The position numbers and the translations under genes are program-made. A stretch of DNA of 63,730 nucleotides, counting the filler, from Octopus bimaculoides (taxonomy: Eukaryota), in the NCBI RefSeq assembly GCF_001194135.2. It is 4 parts of 4 records of this genome, joined end to end, with 100 filler letters (N's around TTAATTAATTAA, not from the genome) between each part and the next. Parts side by side here need not be neighbours in the genome. Positions count along the whole stretch, not along the records: positions 1 to 20,952 come from NC_068999.1; positions 21,053 to 35,629 come from NC_068988.1; 2 more parts are not named here. One strand, given 5' to 3'. Shown in pieces: positions 10,661 to 22,378 of this stretch. Each line of letters begins with the position of its first letter. Within the stretch, counting starts at the first letter, position 1. The notes under the pieces are model-generated. The model worked only from the letters and a program-made list of their open reading frames with translations, was not told where the DNA came from and ran no database searches.

Positions 10661-11262
10661 NNNNNNNNNNNNNNNNNNNNNNNNNNNNNNNNNNNNNNNN
10701 NNNNNNNNNNNNNNNNNNNNNNNNNNNNNNNNNNNNNNNNNNNNNNNNNNNNNNNNNNNNNNNNNNNNNNNNNNNNNNNNNNNNNNNNNNNNNNNNNNNN
10801 NNNNNNNNNNNNNNNNNNNNNNNNNNNNNNNNNNNNNNNNNNNNNNNNNNNNNNNNNNNNNNNNNNNNNNNNNNNNNNNNNNNNNNNNNNNNNNNNNNNN
10901 NNNNNNNNNNNNNNNNNNNNNNNNNNNNNNNNNNNNNNNNNNNNNNNNNNNNNNNNNNNNNNNNNNNNNNNNNNNNNNNNNNNNNNNNNNNNNNNNNNNN
11001 NNNNNNNNNNNNNNNNNNNNNNNNNNNNNNNNNNNNNNNNNNNNNNNNNNNNNNNNNNNNNNNNNNNNNNNNNNNNNNNNNNNNNNNNNNNNNNNNNNNN
11101 NNNNNNNNNNNNNNNNNNNNNNNNNNNNNCAATTTTAATATCAAAGATCCCTATGGATCACACAGGTTGTAATCCTTTGAAACATATGTAGGAATAAAGT
11201 ATGCAATTATAACATGTGTTTTCTCCAATCCTTAAATTCTTAAATATATATATATATATATA

Positions 11263-12821
11263 TTTATTAATATATAAAGCTGAAGTTGTGTGTCTGTGTG
11301 AAGCCTTTTTAAAAGTGTATAGAAATCCACTTTTTCGTATTTTTACATCAATGGAATTTTCTTGGTGTGAACTTTCCAGTGCAGTAATTAGATTTTTTAA
11401 ATTCCGTTTACTTTGTGTGATTTAAGGGAGATTTGGCTGTTGTTTCTAGCAACTTTCATATTTCTTCCTTTCTACCTAGAACGGCGTTCTTACACACGCG
11501 CTCAACATATCATATAGAGAGTAAGAGTAAAAGAGGGAGAGAGAGAGAGAAAGTGATACATACAAAGTCATAGATTAAACTTTCCTCTCAGTATTCTTTA
11601 CCTATTTTTCATAACATTGTTACGTAAAAACACACACAATCACACATACGTGATCTGTGACAACAACATACACATTGCTCTCGTTCTCTATTTATTTCTC
11701 CCCCTCTTCCTCTCTCGCTTTCTCAAACGCATACACGTGCAAGTAAACACAATCATTCACAAAAATATAACACATGTTCGTCAATGTGGCATAACTACAG
11801 GACTTTGGAAGGTTCCAACTTTCAGAAAAATGAATATTTTTTTATGAAATTTTCTATGCGTATATTATTTATTATGTAGATTCCGAATATACAAACATTT
11901 TCGGTGATAGTGTTTTGGGAGGTGGGTGGTCTACAATTTTCGGAAATTCCACTTAACTTCCAGGAAAATGAATATTTTTTCGTGAAATTTTCTACAAATA
12001 TACCTTGATATCTGTACATTTCAAGCATGTAGGAATTTTGAAGGAAACAACTGCAGGTTATTTTTGAGAAGTGTTCCCCACTCGGTGGTGTTTCGGCGCA
12101 AGTTGTCCATATTTGTTTCATTTTTCTCTATTATGTGCTTATGTGCATCCGTAGATTTCTAATGAAGTAATAGGCAGTGAAGAGAAGCCGTCATAAGAAA
12201 ACTTTTAACTACCTCTATTCCTTTCTCCCCCTCTCTCGCTCTCTCAAATGTATACACNNNNNNNNNNNNNNNNNNNNNNNNNNNNNNNNNNNNNNNNNNN
12301 NNNNNNNNNNNNNNNNNNNNNNNNNNNNNNNNNNNNNNNNNNNNNNNNNNNNNNNNNNNNNNNNNNNNNNNNNNNNNNNNNNNNNNNNNNNNNNNNNNNN
12401 NNNNNNNNNNNNNNNNNNNNNNNNNNTTGTAAATATACCACGATTTTCACTAAGGTTTTAGGATTAGGGTTGGGTAATCGTGCGGGTGTTAATCTGAAAA
12501 ATTACAGATATGTGAAAAGTACCGACCCTGCCATCTATTATAATTTTTGTTGTTCTGTTTAATATATACATAGATTATGCCTCCAAAGAAGAGAGTTTGC
12601 TGGGGAAAGAAAGCAACCGGTTTAAAATGACAGCAACAGACTGCAGCAATTCACCACATTCCAGAAGCTACTTTGAACATAATGCAAAATGGTGCATCAA
12701 CATCTTCTGCCTAATCTGATAGAATTCTGGCAAAACTGTGTAGCAACAGATCGCCAGCAATTGCTTCATCAGAAATTGCCATCCTATCTCACACCCGGAC
12801 AAGGTCGGGTTATACTGCTAG
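11263..12821 (+). mobile_element. Non-autonomous Helitron-like element
   Basis: The 3' end has the hairpin acccg-gacaaggt-cgggt (12793-12810) followed by tatactgCTAG and then T. The 5' end (tattaatatataaagctgaagttgtgtg) resembles Helitron starts, and an MPPKKR-type ORF-start remnant lies near 12577. The 5' boundary is uncertain. Confidence 0.6.
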
Positions 12822-14244
12822 TATATATATATAAATCAAAATAAGCAACATGAATTTTAAAGGTTATTGCAGTACGCACTTTTCATGCTACTCCATTTAT
12901 TTAAGTAATGCGAGCTATACATTAACTGCAAAATGCAGAGCAATCTTCAGCTGCACAAAGATATAGAAAATTTACTGAAAATTTCAGCAGAATGGACACA
13001 TTACTGTTGTGGCAACATTTAAAATCTAAGTGGGAAAGAAGAATACATTAAAAAAACCATCTTGACATAGCAGGCTAGTAATTAATTCTAGGTAGAATTC
13101 TACCTATCTCTGATTTTATTTGTTTCTTATCTAGTGACTTAAAGTTTAAGGGGACAATCAACCTTTCACTTATAAGGAAAGGGAAGGTGTAAGCATTATA
13201 CATGGATATGGTTATAAAGATTTCTCTGGTCATAGTGGCAACACAATTTTAGGTTGGGATTTTTTTACTACTATCATAATGTAGGGGAAATTTAACATTA
13301 AGCATCTAGGTCAACAGGTCTTTTTCTTTAGTCTGAATAATGTATCAGTATTGTTTTACATATACTAAGTTTGGAAAACTTACAGATATCAATATTAGCT
13401 TAATTATTATGTTAATAATAAAGATGTAATTTGTTCATACAAAAACCTGAAGTAGTGTCAATTTTGAATTTAAAAGCTATAGATAATGTGTGAAGTTTAA
13501 GAATTTTATATATATAAAGAAACTATTTTGAATTATTTTTAAATTTTAAAATAATATATCTAATATTTGAAAGACACATAAGAGATAAAATTTATTATGA
13601 TGATGAATGTAAAGAATTAGGATTTACATAGTTTATAATAATGGGTTTATTAAGGTTTAAGGCACTAATAAAAAGAATGGTAGGAATTAACAAAGAATTC
13701 AATAATAATCCAAGACATCTAATAGAGAACATGATAATTATGTACTAGTTTAATTATACTATCTTATATAGTCAAGAACTTGTAATAAAACTGATATGGG
13801 TTAATTACAGAATACTAATGGAACAAGGATTAGATTTATTTAAGTCAAACTGTAGAATAACTATAACACTACCACTACAAGCCCTGAAATAATGGAATAA
13901 TAAGGATCCTTTTATATTTTATTTTATTTAATATAAAATAAAATATAACATTTTTCAAGGTTTGAGAACTAATTAAAAACAATAAGAACTTACAAAACCT
14001 CCTATTCTTATAAGCAACATAGGGTAAAAATAAGTAAGATACATACTAAGAACTAACAGCAGTAGTAGAAGTGGTGTGAAAAAATATACCATCCATAGAT
14101 AAAGTTAAAATCTTAGTTATCACAAGAAGATTATATGTTACGGTGAGAGATCAGAAATATATGTTATAAAGGTTCAATTTCAAATTTAAATATGTGCTAA
14201 TTAATAGCCCAAGATGAACATTGTAGATGTTGAAATATCACATC

Positions 14245-14322
14245 TTTATAATTTTAACTACTTTTTTAAAAATTTAAAAGTGTGCACTTTTAAATTTTTT
14301 AAAAAGTAGTTAAAATTATAAA
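14245..14322. repeat. 78-bp near-perfect palindrome (38-bp arms, 2-nt loop, 1 mismatch)
   Basis: tttataattttaactacttttttaaaaatttaaaagtg-tg-cacttttaaattttttaaaaagtagttaaaattataaa. Confidence 0.95.
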
Positions 14323-14349
14323 TTAGTATATCTAACTCCAACGCCAGTT

Positions 14350-14840
14350 GATCCCACTCTCACTCCTTCTCAAGTTAGCACAGTGAGTTTAACCTCCGTA
14401 AAGTTATATTCATAGAGTTTTAAGTATATTTACGTATATACTATCGATTTTGTTATCGTAAGTAAGTTTATAAAGTAAATTTCATGCTAAAATACTCTTC
14501 GTTCATCTCCCCCAAATCCTCCTAAATCCACGTTTAATTCATTTATTTCTTTATAAGTATATTTTTTTGAAGATATATCGATACTTGTAATTTATCTCAA
14601 TATTCTATCCTACTTTTACCTCTACTTCTATTACTTTGTAGCACAGAGGTATATACCTCTGTGCTACAAAGTAATATGCAAAAAAATATCCTGACGGGAT
14701 ATAATGCTTTAGTTAGACAAGTATTCCAATATAACTTTAAATATGTATTCATTGCATACGTACTCTTTTATTAATTTACGTTATTGCATCAAGTACTGCC
14801 ATTTTTTTGGATTAGTTACTGTATCTTAATATTGATACGA
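14350..14840. repeat. Old duplicated segment, copy 1 (paralog at 15915-16430); possibly a decayed L1/Tx1-like LINE on the minus strand
   Basis: The segments are co-linear at roughly 65-70% identity; one anchor is 14453-14508 vs 16026-16080. Both keep the minus-strand frame HEIYFxxLLTIxKxxxY. Confidence 0.7.
14629..14676. repeat. 48-bp perfect palindrome with no spacer
   Basis: tattactttgtagcacagaggtat|atacctctgtgctacaaagtaata. Confidence 0.97.
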
Positions 14841-15089
14841 CCGCCGATAAACAAAATAAAACATGTCCCTCTTCCACGAGTTGGGTTTGAAACTGTGCTC
14901 TAGTTGTTCAGGACAGTGGTATTTCCTTTGTCCTGTCAACGAGCATGGTTATTTATGGCCGTAGGAACGTGATCTCTGACCCTGTCCGGTCATCGAAAGT
15001 TTAGAGGCAGATAAGAACTGTAAGAACTAACCCAGCTTTGGAGGCGGGGGACGCAGCACTGTTAGGTACGGTATGTCTATCTTTCTGGC

Positions 15090-15165
15090 TGATTGCCTGA
15101 CATAAATACAGGAGCGTAGATTTGGAAGCGGTCAGTCGGTGAGGGGCCTTTGAGTGACGTCAGCC
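15090..15165 (+). promoter_or_regulatory. Candidate Pol II core promoter (TATA-like box plus initiator)
   Basis: cataaata at 15101-15108 and the Inr-like tcagtc at 15132-15137 are at canonical ~31-32 nt spacing. A CRE palindrome tgacgtca lies just downstream, in a locally GC-rich patch. Confidence 0.35.
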
Positions 15166-15914
15166 GGTGAANNNNNNNNNNNNNNNNNNNNNNNNNNNNN
15201 NNNNNNNNNNNNNNNNNNNNNNNNNNNNNNNNNNNNNNNNNNNNNNNNNNNNNNNNNNNNNNNNNNNNNNNNNNNNNNNNNNNNNNNNNNNNNNNNNNNN
15301 NNNNNNNNNNNNNNNNNNNNNNNNNNNNNNNNNNNNNNNNNNNNNNNNNNNNNNNNNNNNNNNNNNNNNNNNNNNNNNNNNNNNNNNNNNNGTGAGAGAG
15401 ACAGAGAGATGGAACTGTTGCAGTTGGCAGATTGCGTTGGTCAGAAGAAAGAAATTTGTTGTGGTAAATGTTTGCTTATATTTTTAAAGAAAGTGTACTT
15501 GCGTTGTCAAATGTTTTTGTAAAGAAAAGGAAAGAAAGAAACAAAAGAACTTTGTTAAATGACTCTTGATAAACGAACTTTGTGATGTGAAATGATTGAA
15601 AACTTTGTGATGTTAAATAGTTGAAAAGAAAAAGAAACTTTGTAATGTTAAATGTGTTTTTTTTTTTTTTTTGAAAGAACTATTGTGATTGAAGGTTTTT
15701 GTTTTGTTTTGAAAAATTTTTTTAGTTTGACTACACAACGTATGAACTGTGTTATTTCTTTTTGTTGTTAACATTTCACTGCTCCACGGGCTTGGTGGAC
15801 ATCCTGATTCACTGAGCATCGTCGTCGTCGCACGCGCGGGTTTTCTCATCGAAGGTCTTGCGCGTGCAGCATAACAATATGATACAATATCAATGGTTAT
15901 CCCCGATTGTAAGT

Positions 15915-16430
15915 TAATCTCTTCTCTCTTAACTCCCCAAGTGTGCACGTTTTTCTTTTTTTTTACTCCAGATAGTCATATTTATATAGTTCACACATAT
16001 CTTTATGTATATATTAAAGTTTTTGCTATCGTAAGTAATTTTGCAAAATAAATTTCATGCTTATTCCCCTTCGTTCATCTTTCTCAAATCAAGCTTTATT
16101 TCATTACTTTCCTTATCTATTAGAATATTCTAAGATATCTTTCTAATCGTACTTTCTTCTAATCTATGTCCAATATTCACTCCTGTTTTTCATTAATATA
16201 CCTCTATGCTATATAGTAATATATAAGAAGCACGTTTTTCTCTGGCTGGATATAATACGTTAGTTTATCATTATTTTCAATACTACATCAAATACGTATT
16301 TTTGCATATACATTTACCTACGTTATGTATTCTTTTATTATTTCATTACTTTATAGTTTTGTACCTTGTATTGTCATTTATTTAGGTTAATTACTGTAAC
16401 TTAATATGATACACCATTAATGCTTACCCA
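15915..16430. repeat. Old duplicated segment, copy 2
   Basis: It is homologous to 14350-14840 but has only one arm of the 48-bp palindrome (16198-16221). Confidence 0.7.
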
Positions 16431-16726
16431 TATTTACTATCCATCTTTAATTTCCTTCCTTCTAAACGTTTATTTATGTAATTAGTCAAATATGAAAATT
16501 TACTCTTTACACAAATCCATTGGATTCTCTCCCTTTCTCCTTCCACTTACAGAAAATTTTTTTATTACCATTATTATTAATTTTAAGGATTCTCTGCAGT
16601 TCATTATGTCTTCTTTTAATTTAAACTCTTAGTGTAGAATTCATAGCCTCTCTCCCAAAACAGCTCCCTGTAAACTAGCGTTCTTGTTTCAAACTGTCAT
16701 TTAACTTAGCTATATACTGTTATTCA

Positions 16727-17001
16727 GTGGAGGCACAATGGCCCAGTGGTTAGGGCAGCGGACTCGCGGTCATAGGATCGCGGTTTCGATTCCCAGACCG
16801 GGCGTTGTGAGTGTTTATTGAGTGAAAGCATCTAATGCTCCACGAGGCTCTGGCAGGGGATGGTGGCGAACCCTGCTGTACTCTTTCACCACAACTTTCT
16901 CTTCCTGTTTCTGTTGTGCCTGTAATTCAAAGGGTCAGCCTTGTCACACTGTGTCACGCTGAATATCCCCAAGAACTACGTTAAGGGTACACGTGTCTGT
17001 G
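16727..17001 (+). mobile_element. tRNA-derived SINE family C (5' part, runs into a gap)
   Basis: A-box tggcccagtgg at 16739 and B-box ggtttcgattcc at 16782. The 3' part is homologous to the minus-strand copies at 62222-62580. Confidence 0.8.
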
Positions 17002-17718
17002 NNNNNNNNNNNNNNNNNNNNNNNNNNNNNNNNNNNNNNNNNNNNNNNNNNNNNNNNNNNNNNNNNNNNNNNNNNNNNNNNNNNNNNNNNNNNNNNNNNN
17101 NNNNNNNNNNNNNNNNNNNNNNNNNNNNNNNNNNNNNNNNNNNNNNNNNNNNNNNNNNNNNNNNNNNNNNNNNNNNNNNNNNNNNNNNNNNNNNNNNNNN
17201 NNNNNNNNNNNNNNNNNNNNNNNNNNNNNNNNNNNNNNNNNNNNNNNNNNNNNNNNNNNNNNNNNNNNNNNNNNNNNNNNNNNNNNNNNNNNNNNNNNNN
17301 NNNNNNNNNNNNNNNNNNNNNNNNNNNNNNNNNNNNNNNNNNNNNNNNNNNNNNNNNNNNNNNNNNNNNNNNNNNNNNNNNNNNNNNNNNNNNNNNNNNN
17401 NNNNNNNNNNNNNNNNNNNNNNNNNNNNNNNNNNNNNNNNNNNNNNNNNNNNNNNNNNNNNNNNNNNNNNNNNNNNNNNNNNNNNNNNNNNNNNNNNATA
17501 TATATATATATATATATATATATATAGCATATGTCTTGCTTCTGTATATTGGTTCCCTGACGATGAATATATGTGCAATTCCAGCACCTCTTCTTTGGGG
17601 TAGAGTGCACATATATTTTGAAACATATGTAGGAATTAAAGGAACTTATTGTTTATATGTGTTTTGCTCCATTTATTATTATTCTTTATATGTATATATA
17701 TACATATATATATATATA

Positions 17719-18440
17719 TCATCGTTTAACATCCGCTTTCCATGCTACCATGGGTTGAACGATTTGACTGAGGACTAGTGAACCAGGTGGCTACACCAGG
17801 CTCCGATCTGATTTGGCATAGTTTCTACAGCTGGATGCCCTTCCTAACGCCAGCCATTCTGAGTGTAGTGAGTGTTTTTATGTGCCACCGGCACGAAGGC
17901 CAGTCAGGCGGTACTGGCAACGGCCACGCTCGAAATGGTGTATTTCACGTGCCACCTGCACAGGAGCCAGTCCAGCGGCACTTGCAACAATCTCGCTCGA
18001 ATGCCAATGACACAAGTGCCAGGAAGGCGACATTGGTAATGATCACGCTCAAATGGTACTATTTACGTGCCAGTGGCACGGAAGCCAGACAGCTGGCAAC
18101 GATGACACTCGGACGGTGCTCTTAATGCTCCACTGGCAATAGGTGCCATCACGATTTTCTTTCGCTTGCCCCAACTGGTCTTCGCAAGCCAACAGTCTAC
18201 AAATTTAGTTCGATTTCGATTTCACTTGCCTCAACAGGTCTTCGCAAGCGGAGTTTAGTGTCCAATGAAGGAATGTTACGCATAAGTGGGCTGGCTACAT
18301 CCCTGGCAGAGGCCTTGGATTTTGGTCTCACTTGGCTTGCCGGGTCTTCTCATGCACAGCATATTCCCAAAGGTCTCGGTCACAAATTTTTGCCTCGGTG
18401 AGGCCCCATGTTCGGAGGTCGTGCTTCACCACCTCATCCC
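17719..18440 (-). mobile_element. RTE LINE 3' end (same family as 2674-4244)
   Basis: The reverse strand reads DEVVKHDLRTWGLTEAKICDRDLWEYAVHEKTRQAK*, followed by the family 3' UTR and the tail cggatgttaaacgatga. Confidence 0.9.
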
Positions 18441-19043
18441 NNNNNNNNNNNNNNNNNNNNNNNNNNNNNNNNNNNNNNNNNNNNNNNNNNNNNNNNNNNN
18501 NNNNNNNNNNNNNNNNNNNNNNNNNNNNNNNNNNNNNNNNNNNNNNNNNNNNNNNNNNNNNNNNNNNNNNNNNNNNNNNNNNNNNNNNNNNNNNNNNNNN
18601 NNNNNNNNNNNNNNNNNNNNNNNNNNNNNNNNNNNNNNNNNNNNNNNNNNNNNNNNNNNNNNNNNNNNNNNNNNNNNNNNNNNNNNNNNNNNNNNNNNNN
18701 NNNNNNNNNNNNNNNNNNNNNNNNNNNNNNNNNNNNNNNNNNNNNNNNNNNNNNNNNNNNNNNNNNNNNNNNNNNNNNNNNNNNNNNNNNNNNNNNNNNN
18801 NNNNNNNNNNNNNNNNNNNNNNNNNNNNNNNNNNNNNNNNNNNNNNNNNNNNNNNNNNNNNNNNNNNNNNNNNNNNNNNNNNNNNNNNNNNNNNNNNNNN
18901 NNNNNNNNNNNNNNNNNNNNNNNNNNNNNNNNNNNNNNNNNNNNNNNNNNNNNNNNNNNNNNNNNNNNNNNNNNNNNNNNNNNNNNNNNNNNNNNNNNNN
19001 NNNNNNNNNNNNNNNNNNNNNNNNNNNNNNNNNNNNNNNNNNN

Positions 19044-20952
19044 CTCCCACCCCCTCCATCAGTACCGGAAGTTCTTATCCTCTGTCATCCTCGGTTGTCT
19101 CCCGCGAACACTCCTAGAGGCCTTATACCATCTCCTCCCCTACCTTGGGTAGCGCATAAAGATTGTGTTGTGTATGCAGGTTGTAGATATTGTTTTGTTT
19201 ATGAATTCTGCCAAATGCAAGCTTTCTTTTCAGGTACACGACACTGTTTTCCCCCCATCCCAGAGTCACACAGACCCCCACCTCCCACATCGTCAGAATT
19301 GGCACTCTCAACGTCGGCACGCTGAAAAGTAGGTCTGGTAAGATTGTTGAGATGCTTGAATGGAGACGCGTAGATTTATGCTGCATCCAAGAAGTAAGAT
19401 GGAGAGGAGGTTCCTCACAGGCAAAGAACACAGGTACAAGATTTTCTGGGCAGGGAACACTGACGGGGTCGGGGGCGTGAGAGGGCTGATAAGGTAATTG
19501 AGCTAGTCAGAGTATGTGACAGAGTACTTAAGATTAGACTAGTGCTTCATCATAGGTTTAGCTAACGTCATCTCGGCCTATGCCCCTCAACTAGGGCTAC
19601 CGGATGGGCTGAAAGACCAATTCTACGATGCCCTCTTGCAAACTACCTCATTGACGAATGACTGGGACCTTCTCTTTGCGGCTGGTGATTTCAATGGTCA
19701 TGTTGGACGTCATGCAGGGGGCTTCCATGGTGTACATGGAGGCTATGGCTTCAGTTTCCGCAATGAGGAGGGAACCAGACTGCTGGAGTTCTGTGATGCA
19801 AACGATCTTATGGTTTGCAATACTAACTTCAGGAAACCTTGTCTGTCACCTAGTCACCTATCGTTCTGGCAGACACTCTAGCCAAATCAACTACATCCTC
19901 GCCAGAAATAGGGAAAGAGGGCGGCCTATAAATGCCAAAACCTTCCCTGGCCAAGAATGTACCCCTCAATACAGGTTAGTAGTTAGCGACTTCGAAATCA
20001 AGGCAAAAAGGATGCCCAGATGTAGTCCGGCTTGGAGGAGAAGGGTTTGGAAGCTTAAAGATCCTGCATATGGACAGAGATTTAGGGGTCATACTACTCG
20101 AAGCATTTGACGAAATAGAAGGGGATATAGCATCATACAACGTGGAAGACAATTGGAGGTTTCTGCGGGACAGGCTGGTGTAAAGTCCTCTCTCGACCCA
20201 AAGTAACGTGGTGGTGGAACAAGGTGGTAGACAGGGCTATTAGACAAAAGAAACAGACTTAGAACGACTGGAAGAACGGTGTTAGCAGGGAATTGTATCA
20301 GACTGCCAGAAGGGAAGCTAGGCAACAGGTTAATCTAGCCAGAGGGGAAACAAATAAGAAAAAATTTGCCAATGTTCTGCGCCGTGAGGACCAAAGACTT
20401 GAGGTATTTCGTATTTCAAGACAGTGTGTGAGAGAGAATCGTGATGTCGTAGGAGAGAAATGTGTTCGCATGGATGATGGTACACTTGCACTAAACAAGG
20501 CTGCAAAGAAAGAGGTTTGGAGAAGCCACTACGAAAGATTTCTCAATAAAGAGAATGAACGGGAGAAAGAGAGAATATCGACCCAACAGAGGGACCAGCT
20601 ATCTGAGTTGACAGTGCCATGGTAGATAAAGCAATTATGAGTATGAAGACAGGGAAAGCCCCCAGCCCATCAGGAATCACTGCAGAGATGCTCAAAATAT
20701 CTGGCAGTGTTGGCTATAGCCTAGTCACCCGTATTGCTAACCAGGTGATACACGAAGGAGTCATACCCAATGACTGGTGTAGCAGCACCTTAGTCAACTG
20801 CTACAAAGGTAAAGGTGACGCTTTAGATACAAATAATTACAGAGGTATCAAGCTGTTAGATCAGGTAATGAAAGTCACAGAGAGGGTCATAGCCCAACTA
20901 ATTAGGGAGCGAGTCAGTTTAGATGAGATGCAGTTTGGGTTCGTGCCAGGGA
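19044..20952 (+). mobile_element. RTE LINE 5' part: 5' UTR, AP-endonuclease and start of RT, with frameshifts
   Basis: RIGTLNVGTLK..DLCCIQEVRWRG, SAYAPQ, GDFNGHVG, NEEGTRLLEFC, SQINYIL, MKTGKAPSPSGITAEMLK, YKGKGD..NYRGIKLL and EMQFGFVPG. Confidence 0.93.
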
Positions 20953-21052
20953 NNNNNNNNNNNNNNNNNNNNNNNNNNNNNNNNNNNNNNNNNNNNTTAA
21001 TTAATTAANNNNNNNNNNNNNNNNNNNNNNNNNNNNNNNNNNNNNNNNNNNN
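20953..21052. other. Assembly gap marker (44 N + ttaattaattaa + 44 N); same marker at 35630-35729 and 61562-61661
   Basis: The identical 100-bp construct occurs three times, with stops in all frames, so it is artificial. Confidence 0.95.
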
Positions 21053-21053
21053 A

Positions 21054-21403
21054 TACTTAAAATCAGATAGCCCGAACACATAAGCAATATGGAGCTATGG
21101 CAAAGAACGAATCAAGTTTCGATTAGGGAGTAAATATTTAAGAAAAAGTGAAAGTGGATTGGTAGCACAATTAGAAAGGACACATCAAATGTAGCGAAAA
21201 GTGCTTTACAGTGGAATCCGGATGGATATAGAAAGAGGGGTAGGCCTAAGAACTCGTGGCGTAGACCAACACAAAAGGAACTAGAGAAAGGGGGACATTC
21301 ATGGCAGAGTATAAGTACAGAAGCGAGAAATTATGCGACATGGAATTCAATTATAAGTGGCCTATACTCCGCGTTGGAGGGTTAAAGGCAAGAAAGAAAG
21401 AAA
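21054..21403 (+). mobile_element. RTE LINE of a third family, C-terminus and (AAGA)n tail
   Basis: HISNMELWQRTNQ..KWIG..IRKD..ALQWNPDGYRKRGRPKNSWRR..GLYSALEG*, with the stop at 21383-21385. Confidence 0.8.
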
Positions 21404-21584
21404 TTGGTAAGAAACCTAAGGGTGAAGGCGGAGACCATTTCCAGCGATTGTTAAAGATGAGAACTGGTGGTGTTCAGCTGAATGATATTGTATCACATTA
21501 CGGTTGGCTGAATAGTTCCGCCTCCCGGATGTAAACAGTGAAACTAAAGAACTTTGACTCACAATAACAAAATGAACGACTTTA

Positions 21585-21628
<44 letters not shown>

Positions 21629-22020
21629 TTACCGAGCACCTGTCATTGCACGGGTCCACAAGATCTCAATCATCATCATCTGACAAGAAATCGATAACCG
21701 TTGTTGTTGTTGTTGCTGCTGGGTTTTTTTGGGGGTTTTTTTTTGTATTGCCAAATATACAGTCTCAGCAATTATGTGACTTGAGAACTATAGACCGAAG
21801 AGGACAGCCTACTCTGATCGTGTACTATTTCAGACGTAATCTACCTTCACATCTAGAGAGTTAAGCCAATGGCATAGGCTGTATGTGGCCTCTTAGTCTG
21901 GTAGAAATAACAGTCAAATCATACCCTGTCATCTTGAAATTAAAAAGGCTAGACGTAGTTTCTACAATGTTTTTTAACAGGGTAGGAACAGCCACCAAAT
22001 GTCCTCAAATCACACTCTTT

Positions 22021-22145
22021 CCCAACCACATGGTTCCGGGTTCAGTCCCACTGAGTGGCACTTTGGGCAAGTGTCTTCTACTGTAGCCTTAGGCTGACGA
22101 AAGCGTTGTAAGTGGATTTGGTAGACGGAAACTGAAAGAAGCCTA

Positions 22146-22189
<44 letters not shown>

Positions 22190-22378
22190 CCAGCGCCTGA
22201 CAACCCGGTGTTGGTGTGTTTACGTTCCCATAACTTAGTGATTCGGCCAAAGAGACCGATAGAATAAGTACCAGGCTTTAAAAGAAAGTACTAGGGTCCA
22301 TTCATTCAACTAAAAATAATTCAAGGGGTTGCCCCAGCATAGCCGCACTCTAATGCCTGAAACAGATAAAAGATAAAA
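22021..22378 (+). mobile_element. SINE family A with internal (TG)n
   Basis: B-box ggttcagtccc, body ggcaagtgtcttctact, an internal microsatellite, and the tail gaaacagataaaagataaaa. Confidence 0.85.

Noticed and set aside
15613-15948. 111-aa minus-strand ORF
   Set aside because: It has no recognisable domain, runs through poly-A and short repeats, and has no convincing splice context.
16727-16803. tRNA-like sequence with A and B boxes
   Set aside because: The acceptor stem does not pair cleanly and it continues directly into a repeated SINE body, so it is a SINE head rather than a tRNA gene.
20997-21008. Recurrent ttaattaattaa motif isolated within N runs
   Set aside because: It is a scaffolding marker, identical at three gaps, and not biological.
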